DNA of 63,358 nucleotides, the filler included, from Licmophora abbreviata (taxonomy: Eukaryota): the NCBI GenBank assembly GCA_900291995.1. It is 10 parts of 10 records of this genome, joined end to end, with 100 filler letters (N's around TTAATTAATTAA, not from the genome) between each part and the next. Parts side by side here need not be neighbours in the genome. Positions count along the whole stretch, not along the records: positions 21,830 to 30,069 come from OLMU01003656.1; positions 30,170 to 36,396 come from OLMU01003658.1; 8 more parts are not named here. One strand, 5' to 3'. Shown in pieces: positions 22,001-34,468 of this stretch. A program made the translations under genes and the position numbers. Below the pieces are notes generated by a model, which made no database searches, was not told where the DNA came from, and saw only the letters and a program-made list of their open reading frames with translations. Each line of letters opens with the position of its first letter. The stretch's first letter is position 1.

Positions 22001-23497
22001 ATGAAACCGAAACGATCGATACAACGACGGAGGAGGCTACTGCTATGGGCCACGACGACGACGACGACGACGACGACTTTGACCTCGGTCGCTGCGATCA
22101 CGGCTGCCACGTGTCGTCGCCCGGGGTCGGCAGGTGTATGGGCACGGGTAGGGCGAGGCGGCAGTGAGGAGGATGAAACCTATAATGACATGCCTGTTTT
22201 AGGAAGTGAAGGATCCATCTTTTTGGAAAGCTTTCAAGATCAAGTGCGTCAAGCGCGTGAGGAGCTAGAGCAAGAGACGGTCGATGCCTTTGATCAATTG
22301 AGAGAAAAGATACTGATTATGAATCGAGAACGACACGCCATGAGGCAACACGAACGACAAAGAGTAAAGGAACAACAAATTTTAGTTGAAAGGCAACGGA
22401 AAGAGGAAGAAGCCTTCAAGAGACAAGAAGAGGAAGAGTTATCGAGACGGCAAGCTGAGGAAACGGAATATGAACGGCTTCAAGAGATCAAAGAAGAAGA
22501 AAAAAAACAGAAGATGAGCGACGTCGAGCATGCTCCCCTAGTTACTCAGGAGGAGCCTGAAAGGATCTCGAGACTTGAGGACGAGTACGAGCTTCGAGAG
22601 GAAGGACAAAGTCCGGTACAAAAGGAGTATCCCCGACCTAGCCAAGAGGATCTCGAATTATCCTCTGCCGAGGAGGAGACGGTAGAAGTTTCAGTAGGCC
22701 AAGACGAAAAGGGGGACTTGGAGATTAACCTGCCGCCAAGCTATCTTGACGAGGACCTTCCTGCGAAAGAGTCAACTCGCGACCCTGAGGAAACCCCTGA
22801 CGAAACGCTGGAGGAACTACCAGAGCCAATGCCTGAGGATGTCCTTGAGGAACTGTCGGAAGAACTCCCCGAAGCAATCCCTGAGGAAACTCACGCTACA
22901 GACACCAACATAACAAGAGGAAATGAGGACGATGATACTTTCAAGTCATTGGAAACGGTCGAGCGGGGGGAGGAACAACTATCTCAGGACGACTTTGTGG
23001 TGGGAGACTCGGATGAAGAACCGGAGGATGTGTTGAATCGGCTCCAAAGTGCTGTGCAGAGCACAAAGCCAGTCGACCATGAGGAGTCTTTCCAAGGAAA
23101 CGAAAGAACCATGCAAGAAGAAACAGCATCCCGGCCAGTTCCTTCGGAGCCTGTCGTGTCGGGCCGGGCAAAGTCCAAGGCAAAACGGAAAAAGAAAAAT
23201 ACCAAGAAGCCATCATCGACATTGAGTTCATCAGGAGCGCAAACTACTCAGAGCTCAGAGCTTTTGAGACCCGTCAAAAAGAAGAAGAAGAAGAAGAAAA
23301 GGAAAAAGTCTGCTCCATCCGTGACCGCAACGTCTGTCGTCAAGTCGGAGAGATCGGATCAACAAGTGGTCGAGCGATCTCTGTCCGACCAGCTCTGGAC
23401 TGTTGCTGCCAAGGGAATCATGTTGACGGTACTTTACTTCTTGACTGTACTGCTGGTACGACTGGTACTCAAGAGTATTCTAGTGCGAAGCGGGTGA
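22001..23497 (+). CDS. Hypothetical acidic low-complexity protein with N-terminal leader, coiled coil and C-terminal TM helix
   Basis: 498-aa ORF with leader and RGG, E/Q/R coiled coil, PEE repeats, poly-Lys tracts and a terminal hydrophobic helix. Confidence 0.7.
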   Translation: MKPKRSIQRRRRLLLWATTTTTTTTTLTSVAAITAATCRRPGSAGVWARVGRGGSEEDETYNDMPVLGSEGSIFLESFQDQVRQAREELEQETVDAFDQLREKILIMNRERHAMRQHERQRVKEQQILVERQRKEEEAFKRQEEEELSRRQAEETEYERLQEIKEEEKKQKMSDVEHAPLVTQEEPERISRLEDEYELREEGQSPVQKEYPRPSQEDLELSSAEEETVEVSVGQDEKGDLEINLPPSYLDEDLPAKESTRDPEETPDETLEELPEPMPEDVLEELSEELPEAIPEETHATDTNITRGNEDDDTFKSLETVERGEEQLSQDDFVVGDSDEEPEDVLNRLQSAVQSTKPVDHEESFQGNERTMQEETASRPVPSEPVVSGRAKSKAKRKKKNTKKPSSTLSSSGAQTTQSSELLRPVKKKKKKKKRKKSAPSVTATSVVKSERSDQQVVERSLSDQLWTVAAKGIMLTVLYFLTVLLVRLVLKSILVRSG

Positions 23498-23903
23498 TGT
23501 GCTGTCCTTGTGGCGGGGGTTGTGTGTGGGATGACTGTGCTATGGGAGTGCCTGTTGCGATAAATATCACAAGATATGGTGCTACGCAATACTACTAAAA
23601 GGCAGGTGCTTTTAATCAACCTGAAGAGGAGTGTTTGGTAGTCCCTGTTGAGCATGTAGTCTAGCAATGGAACAACTATCTATGCTTCATCCTATGGGGC
23701 GTGAATACCCTTGGGATGATGAGATTGCGTTCCAGTGAGCTCTCGTCTGCCCGCGAGGCGTCTGTCTGCAATTTCGACATTGCGAATTGCGACACAAAGA
23801 GCAAACACAGACAAGCGGGAGACAGCGATGGTGCATCTATTATTCCTATGCAATGGAATGGGGAAGACCCGGTACAATAGCAGTATTGTCACTGTAACAA
23901 AAA

Positions 23904-24869
23904 ATGCAAAGTGCCACGGTCCTACTCTTCTGTGGCTTGCCCGGATGCGGAAAGAGCACGCTGGCGAGACGCGTCGCCAAAAAACAAAGTGATATCATCG
24001 AGTACGACGCCATCGCGCGAGAGCTGCTGCTGCTGCAAGACGACGCAGATATGGACTCCTTGGAAGCTTGGAGACAGACTCGCACCGTCGCCTTGCATCG
24101 TCTGGACGAAGACTTGCATCAGCACTTTGTGAAATGTCATCAGGGCGACAAGAGTCACCGTCTCATCGTCATGGACGACAATTTCCACCTGCGGTCCATG
24201 CGAAAAGACGTATATCGTGTCTGTCAAAAGTATGCCGATGAAAGACTTTACTTTGGGATCGTATGGCTAGATGCGCCGCTGCAGCTTTGCTTGGAGCGGA
24301 ACCGCGGTCGTCGTGATGACGCTCGAGTCCCTGACGACGTGATTCAGAACATCCATCGGTCCTTTGAACCACCCGATGAAGAAAAGGCATCGTGGGAAGT
24401 CAACAGTCTTCGCGTGATGCAAGACCCAAATACCACGGAAGACGATGCACTGGGCGATGTTCTGTTGGTCTTTGTAGACAGGACATGCCGTGTCCAACCA
24501 TCTCTGCGGATGGACCATCAGCAGCAACAACAACAACAACAACAACAACAACAAGAGCGCGTAGCAACCCGGGCCAATGTCCAACATCGATGCGACGGCT
24601 GGATGCGAAGCTGGGTGGGCTGCGTGGCCCAAGTCTCTCGCCCCAATGTGGGTCATGCGAATCAAGCACGAAGGAACATACTGCAGCAGCTGAAAAGCGG
24701 CCACATCAGTATGGAGGAGGTGCCGACATGTTACGGAATGAAGGAGCGCTTCCTGCAAGAGCTACAGAGGTTGGCACATACTAGTGCCGATTGGACGGAC
24801 GACAGAATACAGAGGCTACAGGACTCGATAGACCATCAACAACAAGTAGACCCACCACGTCAATTGTAG
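23904..24869 (+). CDS. PSTK: L-seryl-tRNA(Sec) kinase (PSTK)-like P-loop kinase
   Basis: LLFCGLPGCGKSTLAR, IEYD, IVMDDNFHLRSMR, CLERNRGR and FEPPD...WE motifs of eukaryotic PSTK. Confidence 0.78.
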   Translation: MQSATVLLFCGLPGCGKSTLARRVAKKQSDIIEYDAIARELLLLQDDADMDSLEAWRQTRTVALHRLDEDLHQHFVKCHQGDKSHRLIVMDDNFHLRSMRKDVYRVCQKYADERLYFGIVWLDAPLQLCLERNRGRRDDARVPDDVIQNIHRSFEPPDEEKASWEVNSLRVMQDPNTTEDDALGDVLLVFVDRTCRVQPSLRMDHQQQQQQQQQQQQERVATRANVQHRCDGWMRSWVGCVAQVSRPNVGHANQARRNILQQLKSGHISMEEVPTCYGMKERFLQELQRLAHTSADWTDDRIQRLQDSIDHQQQVDPPRQL

Positions 24870-24884
24870 CTACAGGCAGCTAGA

Positions 24885-25829
24885 TTATTCGTTTTGTTGT
24901 TCTTGTTGCTGTTGTTCTTGCTGCTGACTATTGTGCCAGGCAACAACCTCGTCGTACGGTAAGTTCCCACCGAAGCAATCCAGAGCACTCCCAATAGTCA
25001 AGTCCACGTTTCCTTTTCCTACACGGTTGACCACTTGCATGTCTTGAATCGAGCGCGCTCCTCCCGCATAGGTGACTGGAATGGGTGATGTGTCCCCCAA
25101 CAAGGCGACCAAGTCCGTTAGAATCCCACATTGCATGCCTTCGACATCGACTCCGTGCACCAAGAATTCGTCGCAGTAATTGGAAAGTGTGTGAAGTGTA
25201 TCTTGAGTGACAGGATAGTCTGTGTAGGTTTGCCATCGATCCGTGACGACGTAGTAAGGTCCTTCTGGTGTCTTGCGTCGACAGGAGAGGTCTAATACGA
25301 GATGGTGCTTGCCACCGACTGCTGCTACGAGTCGTTCCAGACGGTCCATGTCAATGGTGCCATTGCGAAAGACAAAGGAGGTGACAATGACGTGGGAGGC
25401 TCCTTTGTCGATCCATTCCTTTGCGTTGGTATCATTAATGCCACCGCCTACTTGGAGGCCTTTGGGATAGGCCTGCAGTGCCGCCGTGGCCTGTAGAATT
25501 TGAAAAAAAGTGTGGTGAGTGACTTTTTCAGGCTGTTCCAGAGACATGATCCTCCGCATGGATGCGCATGTGTACTATGACAGCACGGATGCATACTGCC
25601 TTCCATCTAAAATGTAATTTTGACTCACAGCGTGTTCATTTCCTGGCCCCAGCATGATGACATGACCGCCCGTGAGTGCATCTCGTTGGTACATGCGCGC
25701 ATAGTCTGCGGCCGGTCGATCGGTTTCAAAGTTGGTAGTGACGGATTGTTTCGTGCTGTCGCTCAGCGTACTTCCGACAATCTGCTTCACCTGACCGTGA
25801 TGCAAGTCGATGCAAGGACGAAACTTCAT
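24885..25829 (-). CDS. HIS6: Eukaryotic-type ProFAR isomerase (histidine biosynthesis); intron 25491-25628
   Basis: [59 protein letters not shown] and DLTIGSALD. Phase-0 intron. Confidence 0.93.
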
Positions 25830-26111
25830 GGTGTCAAGAGACAGTGAGGACTGTGAAAATGAGAGCTTGAGATTGGTGTTGTTGTGTGTGACTGTTTTGT
25901 TGTTGTTGTTTTTGTTGATTGATGAAATGGACGGACGGGCGGACGGACGTGTTTTTGTCTGTTTTTGAATCTCGCGACTCCTGATTCCTTTCACACAAAG
26001 TCTGCAACGAACTTTCGCAACACACAAAAAGTCGACTGTCCCGTGTGGGGTGACCTTGTGCTTCTGCTGCTCGTTCTCTACTACGATATCGTAGTTCCTT
26101 TGTGATTCACC

Positions 26112-28030
26112 ATGAACAACAACAATGAACACGAGCCTATAGACGAAGAGATGCAGGGCTGGCACGAAGAAAACAACAACGATCCGAACAACGATCCGCA
26201 CCAAGACGAAATCGTACATCCCGACGACGACGACGACGAGTCGGACGAAGACGAGCCTCACAACGACAACGACGACGACGACGCATCGGATCACAATGGA
26301 CCAAGACGGAATGTAGATGGAAGTGTGGATGGAGGCGTCGTGTTCAATCTGCCAAAGGACAACGACGACCCTTCGGCCAAGCCCAAAACGCGTTCTGGGG
26401 AATGTGAACTGGTATGATATGTACTGAGAGTACGTGCAATTGTACGTGCAAGACACAATTCAGCTCATGTGTCTCTTTTTCTACACAGATTCTCGCCTTT
26501 GAATGTCACGAATCCATTGACGTAGCTCCCAATCACGCCATGCTGCAACCAGGAGTCAAGGTCTCGATTGGGCTGGACAAGACCACCAAACTGCAAGCCG
26601 TCTTCACCCGATATGTCACCTTCCTCGCCGAGCAAGACGAGACGACACCCGTCACGCTCCTCGATGTCGAGTTCTCACACGTCCAATTGCTCGACGGCGC
26701 TGACACTGCCGAAACGTCGGCATTGATGAAGTATGACACTATTCTCGTTCGGAATGTTCAAAAGGCACACAGAGACTCAGTCGCGGAAGGCAAGCGCTTG
26801 CAGCGAGAGGCGGATCGTGACTTTTACAAAAAGATGAGACTCCTCCTCAAGGATGTATTTTTCTGTGATGTCTTGCTGGACTGTCGTGGCAACTTGGTGG
26901 ATGAGAACGGATTGAATCAAAAAGTTTTGACGACGGGAGTGCGAGCCTATTCCGCGCTCGTGTCCAAACGATGTCCATGGCTGGGACGCAGGATTCAAAC
27001 GGCACGGGAGGAATTGGAACGCCATAGTGTCGTCACTTTGCCCGAACATGCGGATGACGACGACGATGATGATGATGATGATGATGGTCTCATTGTGGGA
27101 CGACCTCCGATTCAGGAAGGAGCGGGTGCTCTTGTTGCTGCTGCTGCCGTGAAAATTGGAAGCAGCGAAGACGACTACGATGAACCAACAAGGGGGGCCG
27201 ACTCGTCGTCATCGCTCTCCGACACCTCTCGCTTGTTGTGGGTCACATTGTCAAATCATCCACCGGATGCTGTGCGGCTGCTGCTAGAATATTGCTACAC
27301 GAATCGAGTCGTGGAGCTGGGACAAAACGCCTTTTTGGCTGCTTGTCGGACGCCGGGTAAAGATGGACCCGTTCCGCCTTTTCCCAATCACTCCTCTCGA
27401 TCTCGCGGGTGGCCCGACCATGGACTCCCGACGATATCCTATTCCGTCGCTCTCTCTGCTATTCGCCTCGCGGAAGAAGCTCAGATGCCTAGATTCAGTC
27501 TCATGTGCGAAGTTGCCGCAGCCGAGCTAGTCCGACCCTCCACTGTTGTCGACGCCTTGACGCTCTGTACCACTCAACAGCAAACGACGGGAAATCCACT
27601 GCCTCGTCTCCGCAAGGCAGCCATGGACGAACTCTTGCGCCATGGTCAGAGTGGTGTGGAGCGACCCACTTTTTGTCGTGCACTCAAGGAAAAGGGTGAT
27701 GCCGTCGTACCGAGCCTGCTGGTGGGTACCATGGAAGCGATCCAGTCCGAGTCCAAGAAATTCAAGCCTCCCATGTTTCCCTACGATGACATTGACCAGG
27801 CGGATACACTGGCCCGCCGCCGGGAACGGCGCAAGCGCCGCAAGGAACGCCTGCAAGACGGGGAGGACGGTACCATCATTGACGACGACGATGAGGAGGA
27901 AGAAGAAAAAGAGATGATGTTGGCAATCCGCGGCAGTCTCAAGTCGAAGAGTCGACGGCGGACTGCGCCATCGATATCGTGTCGACGATCGTCGAAAGCA
28001 AGTCGAAAGCGATCCCGTGGTAGTATTTAA
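26112..28030 (+). CDS. BTB/POZ-domain protein with an N-terminal SUMO/ubiquitin-like domain; intron 26412-26488
   Basis: Acidic exon 1. [11 protein letters not shown]...[18 protein letters not shown] is SUMO-like. [21 protein letters not shown] and [11 protein letters not shown] form a split BTB domain. Basic C-terminus. Confidence 0.7.
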
Positions 28031-28364
28031 TAAATGATCGCCTTGCAGAGAATGTTTCTGTTAGGATGGAAAGCATTGCTTTCACTCCTCTAGACATGAT
28101 AGGAAGCCAAGTCGTAGTCTACCATGCCCACTGATGAGGCCTCTGGTGGGAACATTGAACATGCACACATCATCAGTGAACCTGGCTCGTGACTCACTCG
28201 ACTAGAGGAGCTCGTGAGTTAATTCGATTCCAGTCATGAGTGACGTACTGACTTGGATCGTGTTTTGCGGCTTGGAACATATCAAAATTCACCTTAACAG
28301 TTAAACAATCATTGCAACATATTTTGGAATGCGGCGCCGCATTGAGGGAACATTGTCGAAGACC

Positions 28365-29471
28365 ATGAAGACCACCCAAGCCCTTTCCGCTGCCTTGGCC
28401 GCCCTGACTTTCCAGTCAGTGAAGGCGCAGACCCTTATCGACATTGTGTTTGACAGTGATGACCTTACGACCTTGGAAACAGCTATCAAGATGGCAGAAT
28501 TAGTCGAGCCCCTTCAGGGCGACGGTCCCTTCACGGTAGGTCCAGAGTCAGCGTGAGGAAGTGGTTTGCCACCAATGTGTCATGATGCGGCATCTTTTAC
28601 CTTTCATACTCGTATGCTAACTTTAACCAAATCCACCTTTGAAATTTCTCCTACCTTCTCTTATGTGAAGGTATTTGCTCCGAACGACCCAGCCTTCGCC
28701 CCGTTTCCAGCCAAGTATCTCACGGACGAATGGATTCCTCATTTGACGGACATTCTCCTCTACCATGTCATCTTGGGAGCTGCGGTCTTCTCTGGCGATC
28801 TCATGCAGGACATGGAAGCTGAAACCATGAATGGAGAGAGTCTTACTGTCTCCAGTCTCACCCCGGTTACAATCAACGACGCCGAAGTTATTGCGGCGGA
28901 CGTCAACGCTACCAACGGAGTTGCCCACGTCATCAACAAAGTTCTTCTCCCCTCTTCCGCGACTACTAACATTGTTGACCTCGCAGTGGGAAGTGATGAC
29001 TTTTCAACTCTGGTTGACCTTCTGACGGCAGCAGAACTTGTCGATGCTCTTCAGACTGACGGACCTCTTACGGTGTTTGCGCCAACCAATGCAGCATTCG
29101 ACAAGTTGCCAGAAGGTACTGTCGATACACTCAAGGATCCCGCCAACAAGGACAGGCTCACTGACATCCTTCTTTATCACGTGATGAGTGGAAACCTGTT
29201 TGCCTCGCAACTAGAAGAGGGTGCCATGCTGACAGCTTTGAACGACAAGGATCTTACCGTTACCCTATCTCCTGCGGCCATCAATGGCGCCGAGATCACG
29301 GGGGCCGACAATCTTGTCAGCAATGGAGTTATCCATGTGATTAGTTCTGTCCTCATACCTCCGGAGGACCCCACTGACCCTCCAACGTCCACATCTGGCT
29401 CGAGCTTGGCGCATCTGCCAGTGTTCGCGGTGTTTGCTGCAGCCGTTGTCTCCGCGATGGGCTTCTACTAA
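28365..29471 (+). CDS. Secreted or GPI-anchored fasciclin (FAS1) repeat protein; intron 28536-28670
   Basis: Signal peptide, two FAS1 domains (TVFAPxN..F, ILLYHV, NGVxHVI) and a hydrophobic C-terminal tail. Confidence 0.92.
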
Positions 29472-30247
29472 TGTACGTCGTCAGCATTGCACGTCTAAAA
29501 GACTAGTCTACGTCCGCCGTACCGGTACAAGTACTCGTAGACTATCTGGCTTTTACAGAGGTGGACCTCTTTGTTTCGGCGTAGAGTTATAGATCTATAT
29601 TAGTATGAAGGTGTCCGTGGGGGCATGATTGTGTACCAGGTATCATCATCATAACTACCCGGTAGATGCACGAAAGAAAAACCCTTTCGCAGATGGGTCA
29701 TGACGAGACACGAGACTCACTCACTCAGAAGAGCGTTCAGTGCACGGAACGAACTGACAAACGAGATGCTGGTGCATTCTCTCCTCACAGTGAGTGAAAA
29801 GTGGCAATGAAGGGGAGACTACGACGTAGCTAGCAGACGATGTAATGTCCTGTATTGAAGAAGCCTCTGGCCTACGGGCACGAGCGGCAGCGAAAGGAGA
29901 CGAATTCTAAGAAAAAAATTTAATACAAAGCTAACGCTGCAGACGAGGAAAGGTGGATCTGTGTGTTCTTTGAGTCTGTTTGTGCGTCTTAAAAGACGCG
30001 GTTTGTTGGTTGATACTCTAGATGGTCCTAACGAGCGATCAAGAGGTCAAGAGTGCTTAGGAGCGCTCTNNNNNNNNNNNNNNNNNNNNNNNNNNNNNNN
30101 NNNNNNNNNNNNNTTAATTAATTAANNNNNNNNNNNNNNNNNNNNNNNNNNNNNNNNNNNNNNNNNNNNTTACCCGGTTGGTTTGCGTGAAATTTCACAG
30201 CGTTGATGAAGCCCCAAAGTCGACCTTCAAAGTCGAAAGAAACAAGC

Positions 30248-30676
30248 TTATTTCTTGGTCTTCTTGACGGTCTTCTTCTTCTTGGGCGCCGTCTTCTTCT
30301 TAGGGGCGGCCTTCTTCTTGGTAGTCGTCTTCTTCTTGGGCGCCGTCTTCTTTTTGGGCGCAGTCTTCTTCTTGGTAGCCGCCTTCTTCTTCGGCGCCGT
30401 CTTCTTCTTGGGGGCAGCCTTCTTCTTGGGGGCGGCCTTGGGCTTCTTGGTGAGCTTCTTCTTGAAGTCAGCAGAAAGCTTGTAGGAGCCCTTGATCTGG
30501 ACAAACTCACCGGAGGCGACTCCAGCCTTCAATGCCTTCAAGAAGACAGCATTCATCCATGTCTTCTTATCCTTGGCAATCTTGGCCTGGCAGAACTTCT
30601 TGATGGCGATCATGGACGAGCCATTGCGATCCTTGAGAGCCGTGATGGCCTCGATAATTCCTTCCTTGTAAGACAT
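30248..30676 (-). CDS. Linker histone H1
   Basis: Globular H15 domain (SYKEGIIEAITALKDRNGSSMIAIKK...GSYKL) followed by a PKKK(T/A)A repeat tail. Confidence 0.95.
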   Translation of the reverse strand: MSYKEGIIEAITALKDRNGSSMIAIKKFCQAKIAKDKKTWMNAVFLKALKAGVASGEFVQIKGSYKLSADFKKKLTKKPKAAPKKKAAPKKKTAPKKKAATKKKTAPKKKTAPKKKTTTKKKAAPKKKTAPKKKKTVKKTKK

Positions 30677-31380
30677 GATAGACTAGGTTCTGCGGAGAGA
30701 AAGTAGGACATGCGGCACAAACACGTTGAGATTTTCCGTTGAAAGCAATGCGGACGACAAGAGTGGCTCATTCCTGCTTCATTTCGCTCATTCTCGAGCC
30801 GAAAAACGATATAAGTGGACACTGAAAATATGCCTCTACCATCTGATACCAATCAAAGACGAGAAAGGCGGCAAACGAAGGCTAGATCCGCCATGGTCGA
30901 GCGACAAGTCTTACCAAACAGCGATGCGATTTGAATTGTGAGAGCCCCTCTGTGGCTGGCGTCGCTCATGCGAAAAAAAAGTGGCGCGGCTGGACGACTC
31001 GATCGACTCAAGTTTTCCCAAAAAACTGGCGCGCGCGGTCCGGCCGGTTTCTCGTCATCCGTTTCCCGGACCCAGCATCAGCAGGATCTCGTCCTCGTCC
31101 TCTAGGGAGAGATGGCTAAAGCTAGAGAGAGAGAAAGATCTCCTGGCGGAACCAGTTATTGGAGCTGTGCTTCTTTAGCAGCAAGTTTTGTGTCTGTGAC
31201 CTCAGTCTACCACGTACGTGAACCGGCATTCAACTGAACTTTCCTGTTCAGAATTACTAGTACAATTATCTCCCTTTACTCAAACCTGTCCCTTTGCTGC
31301 AGCTCCCATGATAGCCGCAGAAGAGCAAGAGGCTTGACAGCGAACATGAATGGCAAACCAGAAGGCCGCATGCCTCACCG

Positions 31381-34300
31381 TCATTCGTCACCATTCGAGA
31401 AAGCAGTCAGTGGCTGATTATGCAAATGCCAAAGAAGCATCATCGATGAGTACTTTGCAAGTCGGAAATCTCCAAACTGATAGTGATTCTGGATGCATAG
31501 ATCCAAGAATGCAGCTGGCTGGAAAATTTCGAACTCGTTGTCATCGATCTCTTCACACGACTCCCTTCTCGACTGATCAAGAAACGCCACAATGTGATTC
31601 TTGTTTTTGGTGATTATCTTCATCTTCTTTCGTAACGTTTCCATCAGCTCGTCACCAGCACCTTCCTGTAATGACATTTCGCGCCCTTCCTGCTCCATAT
31701 CTGTGAGCAGCCTGTCCATCTCGGTCGAGAAGTAGTCACCAGCCAGGTATGGGACTTTCGACGCTGTGTCAGTACCGCTCGCAAAGTGAAGACTAAACAT
31801 GGTTGTCACCCTGGAAACGATCCCTCTTCTCTTGCACTCAGCAAGTATTTCCAAGTACCACTTGCGCAATCTTTCGGGACTGGGTTGTTTCTGATCATCT
31901 GGCTTACCGTGAAAGACGTAGTCCCTGCCCAGTGTTGGGGGACAAGACCAAATGTAGGCCTTGCTAAACCCACGATTTCGTGCATTCTCGAGGTAGCAAA
32001 TCAAGATCTCATGATACACCTCCGTCCGAAGGTCCTGAGGCTTCATGAAGTGAACGCTATCTAGAAGTGAAATATTTACAACGCCCTTGTTCGGCGAGGG
32101 GTTGTCCTCGCCATGCTCAAACACACAAAATGCGAACAAGGCAATGTCAACACCATGGATACTTTGGAAAACAACGAAACATTTGGATTGATATCGGAAT
32201 TCTGAAGGATAATTCTGACGTGCGTAGCGCTCTCGCATATGTGCATTCACCCTATGCGTCTGGTATGAAGCGGCAAGCTGGCGGACAATGATCGGTCCTC
32301 CAACTTCAACAAACTGTCTCGCGTCGTCGAGAGAGACTCCCTATGGACAGAGGAGTCGTGACAGGTTTGATTGGTGAGCGCCCGCTATCAAGATTGTTGG
32401 ATGGCCATCTCCGACTGGTAGCCCGCCTTACCTCCTTCGTGGCTTTTTCCTGGATAAGCTCCTCCGTTCTCCTGACAACTAGCTCGCGAACTTGCTTTTC
32501 CATATGCTGGGACAGCTCCGTCAGGGGCAAATCAGAGGCCGAGAGGGCACCACCGCCAGTCATCTGGTTACTGACGATATTGCGCTTTGTGTTCAAGACG
32601 CACACCGGACAAGAGTACTTCTCTCCACTGCTCATGTGGTGCTGTGGGTTGAAGAGTCCGCAGACGTGATGGGTCCAGCACTCGCAGCTGCTGCACTGCA
32701 CCCAGTTCTCCTCATGTTTCTCGTCGTTCTTGCTCTTTTTCATTTGCTCCTTCATTGTTCTGACTCGACGTCCATCATCACTGTCCAACACAACGGACCC
32801 ATCGCTGGCATCATAACAGGCACTGCAGCAGACGTGATTCTGTGATTTCGGAGCAACGTAGTAGAATACGTTGCGGCTGATCTTCCGTCTACACTTTTCC
32901 TCGCAGCAAAAGAGAGTAGGTGGCCTGAAGTGAAGAACGCCGTCTCCACAAAGAGCGCAGCTCCGCTCCTCGGACTGAGCAGGGGTCTTCTCTATAATCT
33001 CCGGAAGCTCCGCCTGTAACTTGGCGTAGTCTGCGATGGCTTTTTCCTTCAAAGCTTCCGCCATGCATTTGACACCAGTATCTCTTTCGTCGGAAAAATA
33101 CTTGATAGCGTTGTCAAATATCAGCATAGCTCCAATTCGAACCTGTTCGACGGAGCAGTACCTGTCCTTTTCCAAGTTTTGACGAAGTGTCGCGAAATCC
33201 ATGGGGTTCTCAATGATATCTAAATAGTCAGGAAACTGTTCCGTGTCGACGGGACTTTCGAACAACCAGCCCTGGTCATGATTCTCGAGGCCATTGAGAA
33301 AGCGAGAGCATCTAGACTTCTCGACGTTTGAAAGGGTGGTTGGGACCTGTTCCACTTTCAGTGAAGCAATGTGATGCTCGAGATCACCCACGGAAAGACT
33401 GTGCAGGAAAGAACGCCGTGGAGATTTTCCAATCGGCGAGCGAGCCAGAGATCGTATCGCAGCACTTTCCTGTGGCTCGTCTGATGTCCAGCATGAAGAC
33501 ATAGACCGCGTTGCGGAAAGCACGGAAGGCTCTTCGGACACTACCACCGAGCATTGCTCTGTTTTTCTTCTTTTGTCATTCAGCTCGGATACGGCAACCA
33601 TCTCGTCAGATTCGCCTGCGTATGACGGCAAGTCCCGATCGGCGAAGTCGCAATGAAAAGCAGAGCCTGACATAGAAGCAACATCAGTATCCCGGTCCTT
33701 ACAGTCGCCCCTATGCCGATCAATATCGGTACGCCGCCTCTTGGATCCTGGGCCGTCTCTTCGGTCGCTGCACTGGTTCGACGCCTTTGTCGATATACCG
33801 GCGGGTGAATTCCACGGATCGAAATTTTGTGTGAAAAGTTTATCTTTGTGCGCCGAGTGCATATCTTCAATTAGAATTTGAATAGTATCCACGCATTCCC
33901 CAGTTGACGTATGTGTCTGTGTAGCTTTCCGAACTGGTCCACAGACTAGGCAGTCGTTCCTTCTGCATTCCCGATAGTGACGAATAGTTTTTCTCATCGC
34001 CATGCACTGTGGCACACGACAAGTATTGCCATTCGTGCAGCGCTGGATATGATCCCTCAGGCGTTTCGTTTCCTCGCAGTTTCGCGCGACTCTACATCTC
34101 TGTGTTGTGCAGGTAGATGCATGATGAAAGAGGAAGAGAAGCTGCTTTCCTCGATTCACTTTTTGCGGCTGCGCATCGTCGAAGTCTGCAATTTCGCCAA
34201 TTTCAAAATTTGAGGTGGATTTCCCCATCGGTTGATTTACAACGGCAGAGCTGCATATCCCTGGTTGTAATCCAACTTCCTTCTTATGGAATCCTTGAGT

Positions 34301-34468
34301 TTTATCCCCAGAACGTCGTTCGCGCTCATAGCTACGTTGCAACGTGTGTCGGCGTTGTGGCTCGTCAACATAGTCGTCTGTGTTGTAAGGAGATTCTCTC
34401 CGGCTTGTCCCTGAAGCAGACACTCCGTCCTCCTTCTCACTCGACGGCCTATGAGAAAAATCATCCAT
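31381..34468 (-). CDS. p300/CBP-like (KAT3) histone acetyltransferase: TAZ, bromodomain, RING/PHD and HAT; intron 32341-32431
   Basis: TAZ (LLFLFHHASTC...HYREC), bromodomain (LFESPVD...PDYLDIIENPMDF...NAIKYF), PHD (WVQCSSCECWTHHVC), HAT (LDSVHF, YHEIL, IWSCPP, RLRKWY, PYLAGDYF, NHYQF...AKYSSMMLLWHLH). The phase-0 intron gives about 998 aa. Confidence 0.9.

Noticed and set aside
23904..24869. Selenoprotein or Sec-recoding locus around PSTK
   Set aside because: No tRNA-Sec, convincing SECIS or conserved in-frame TGA seen nearby; stops that split ORFs are explained by introns or frameshifts.
30255..30450. 18-bp periodic repeat array
   Set aside because: It is simply the PKKK(T/A)A tail of histone H1.
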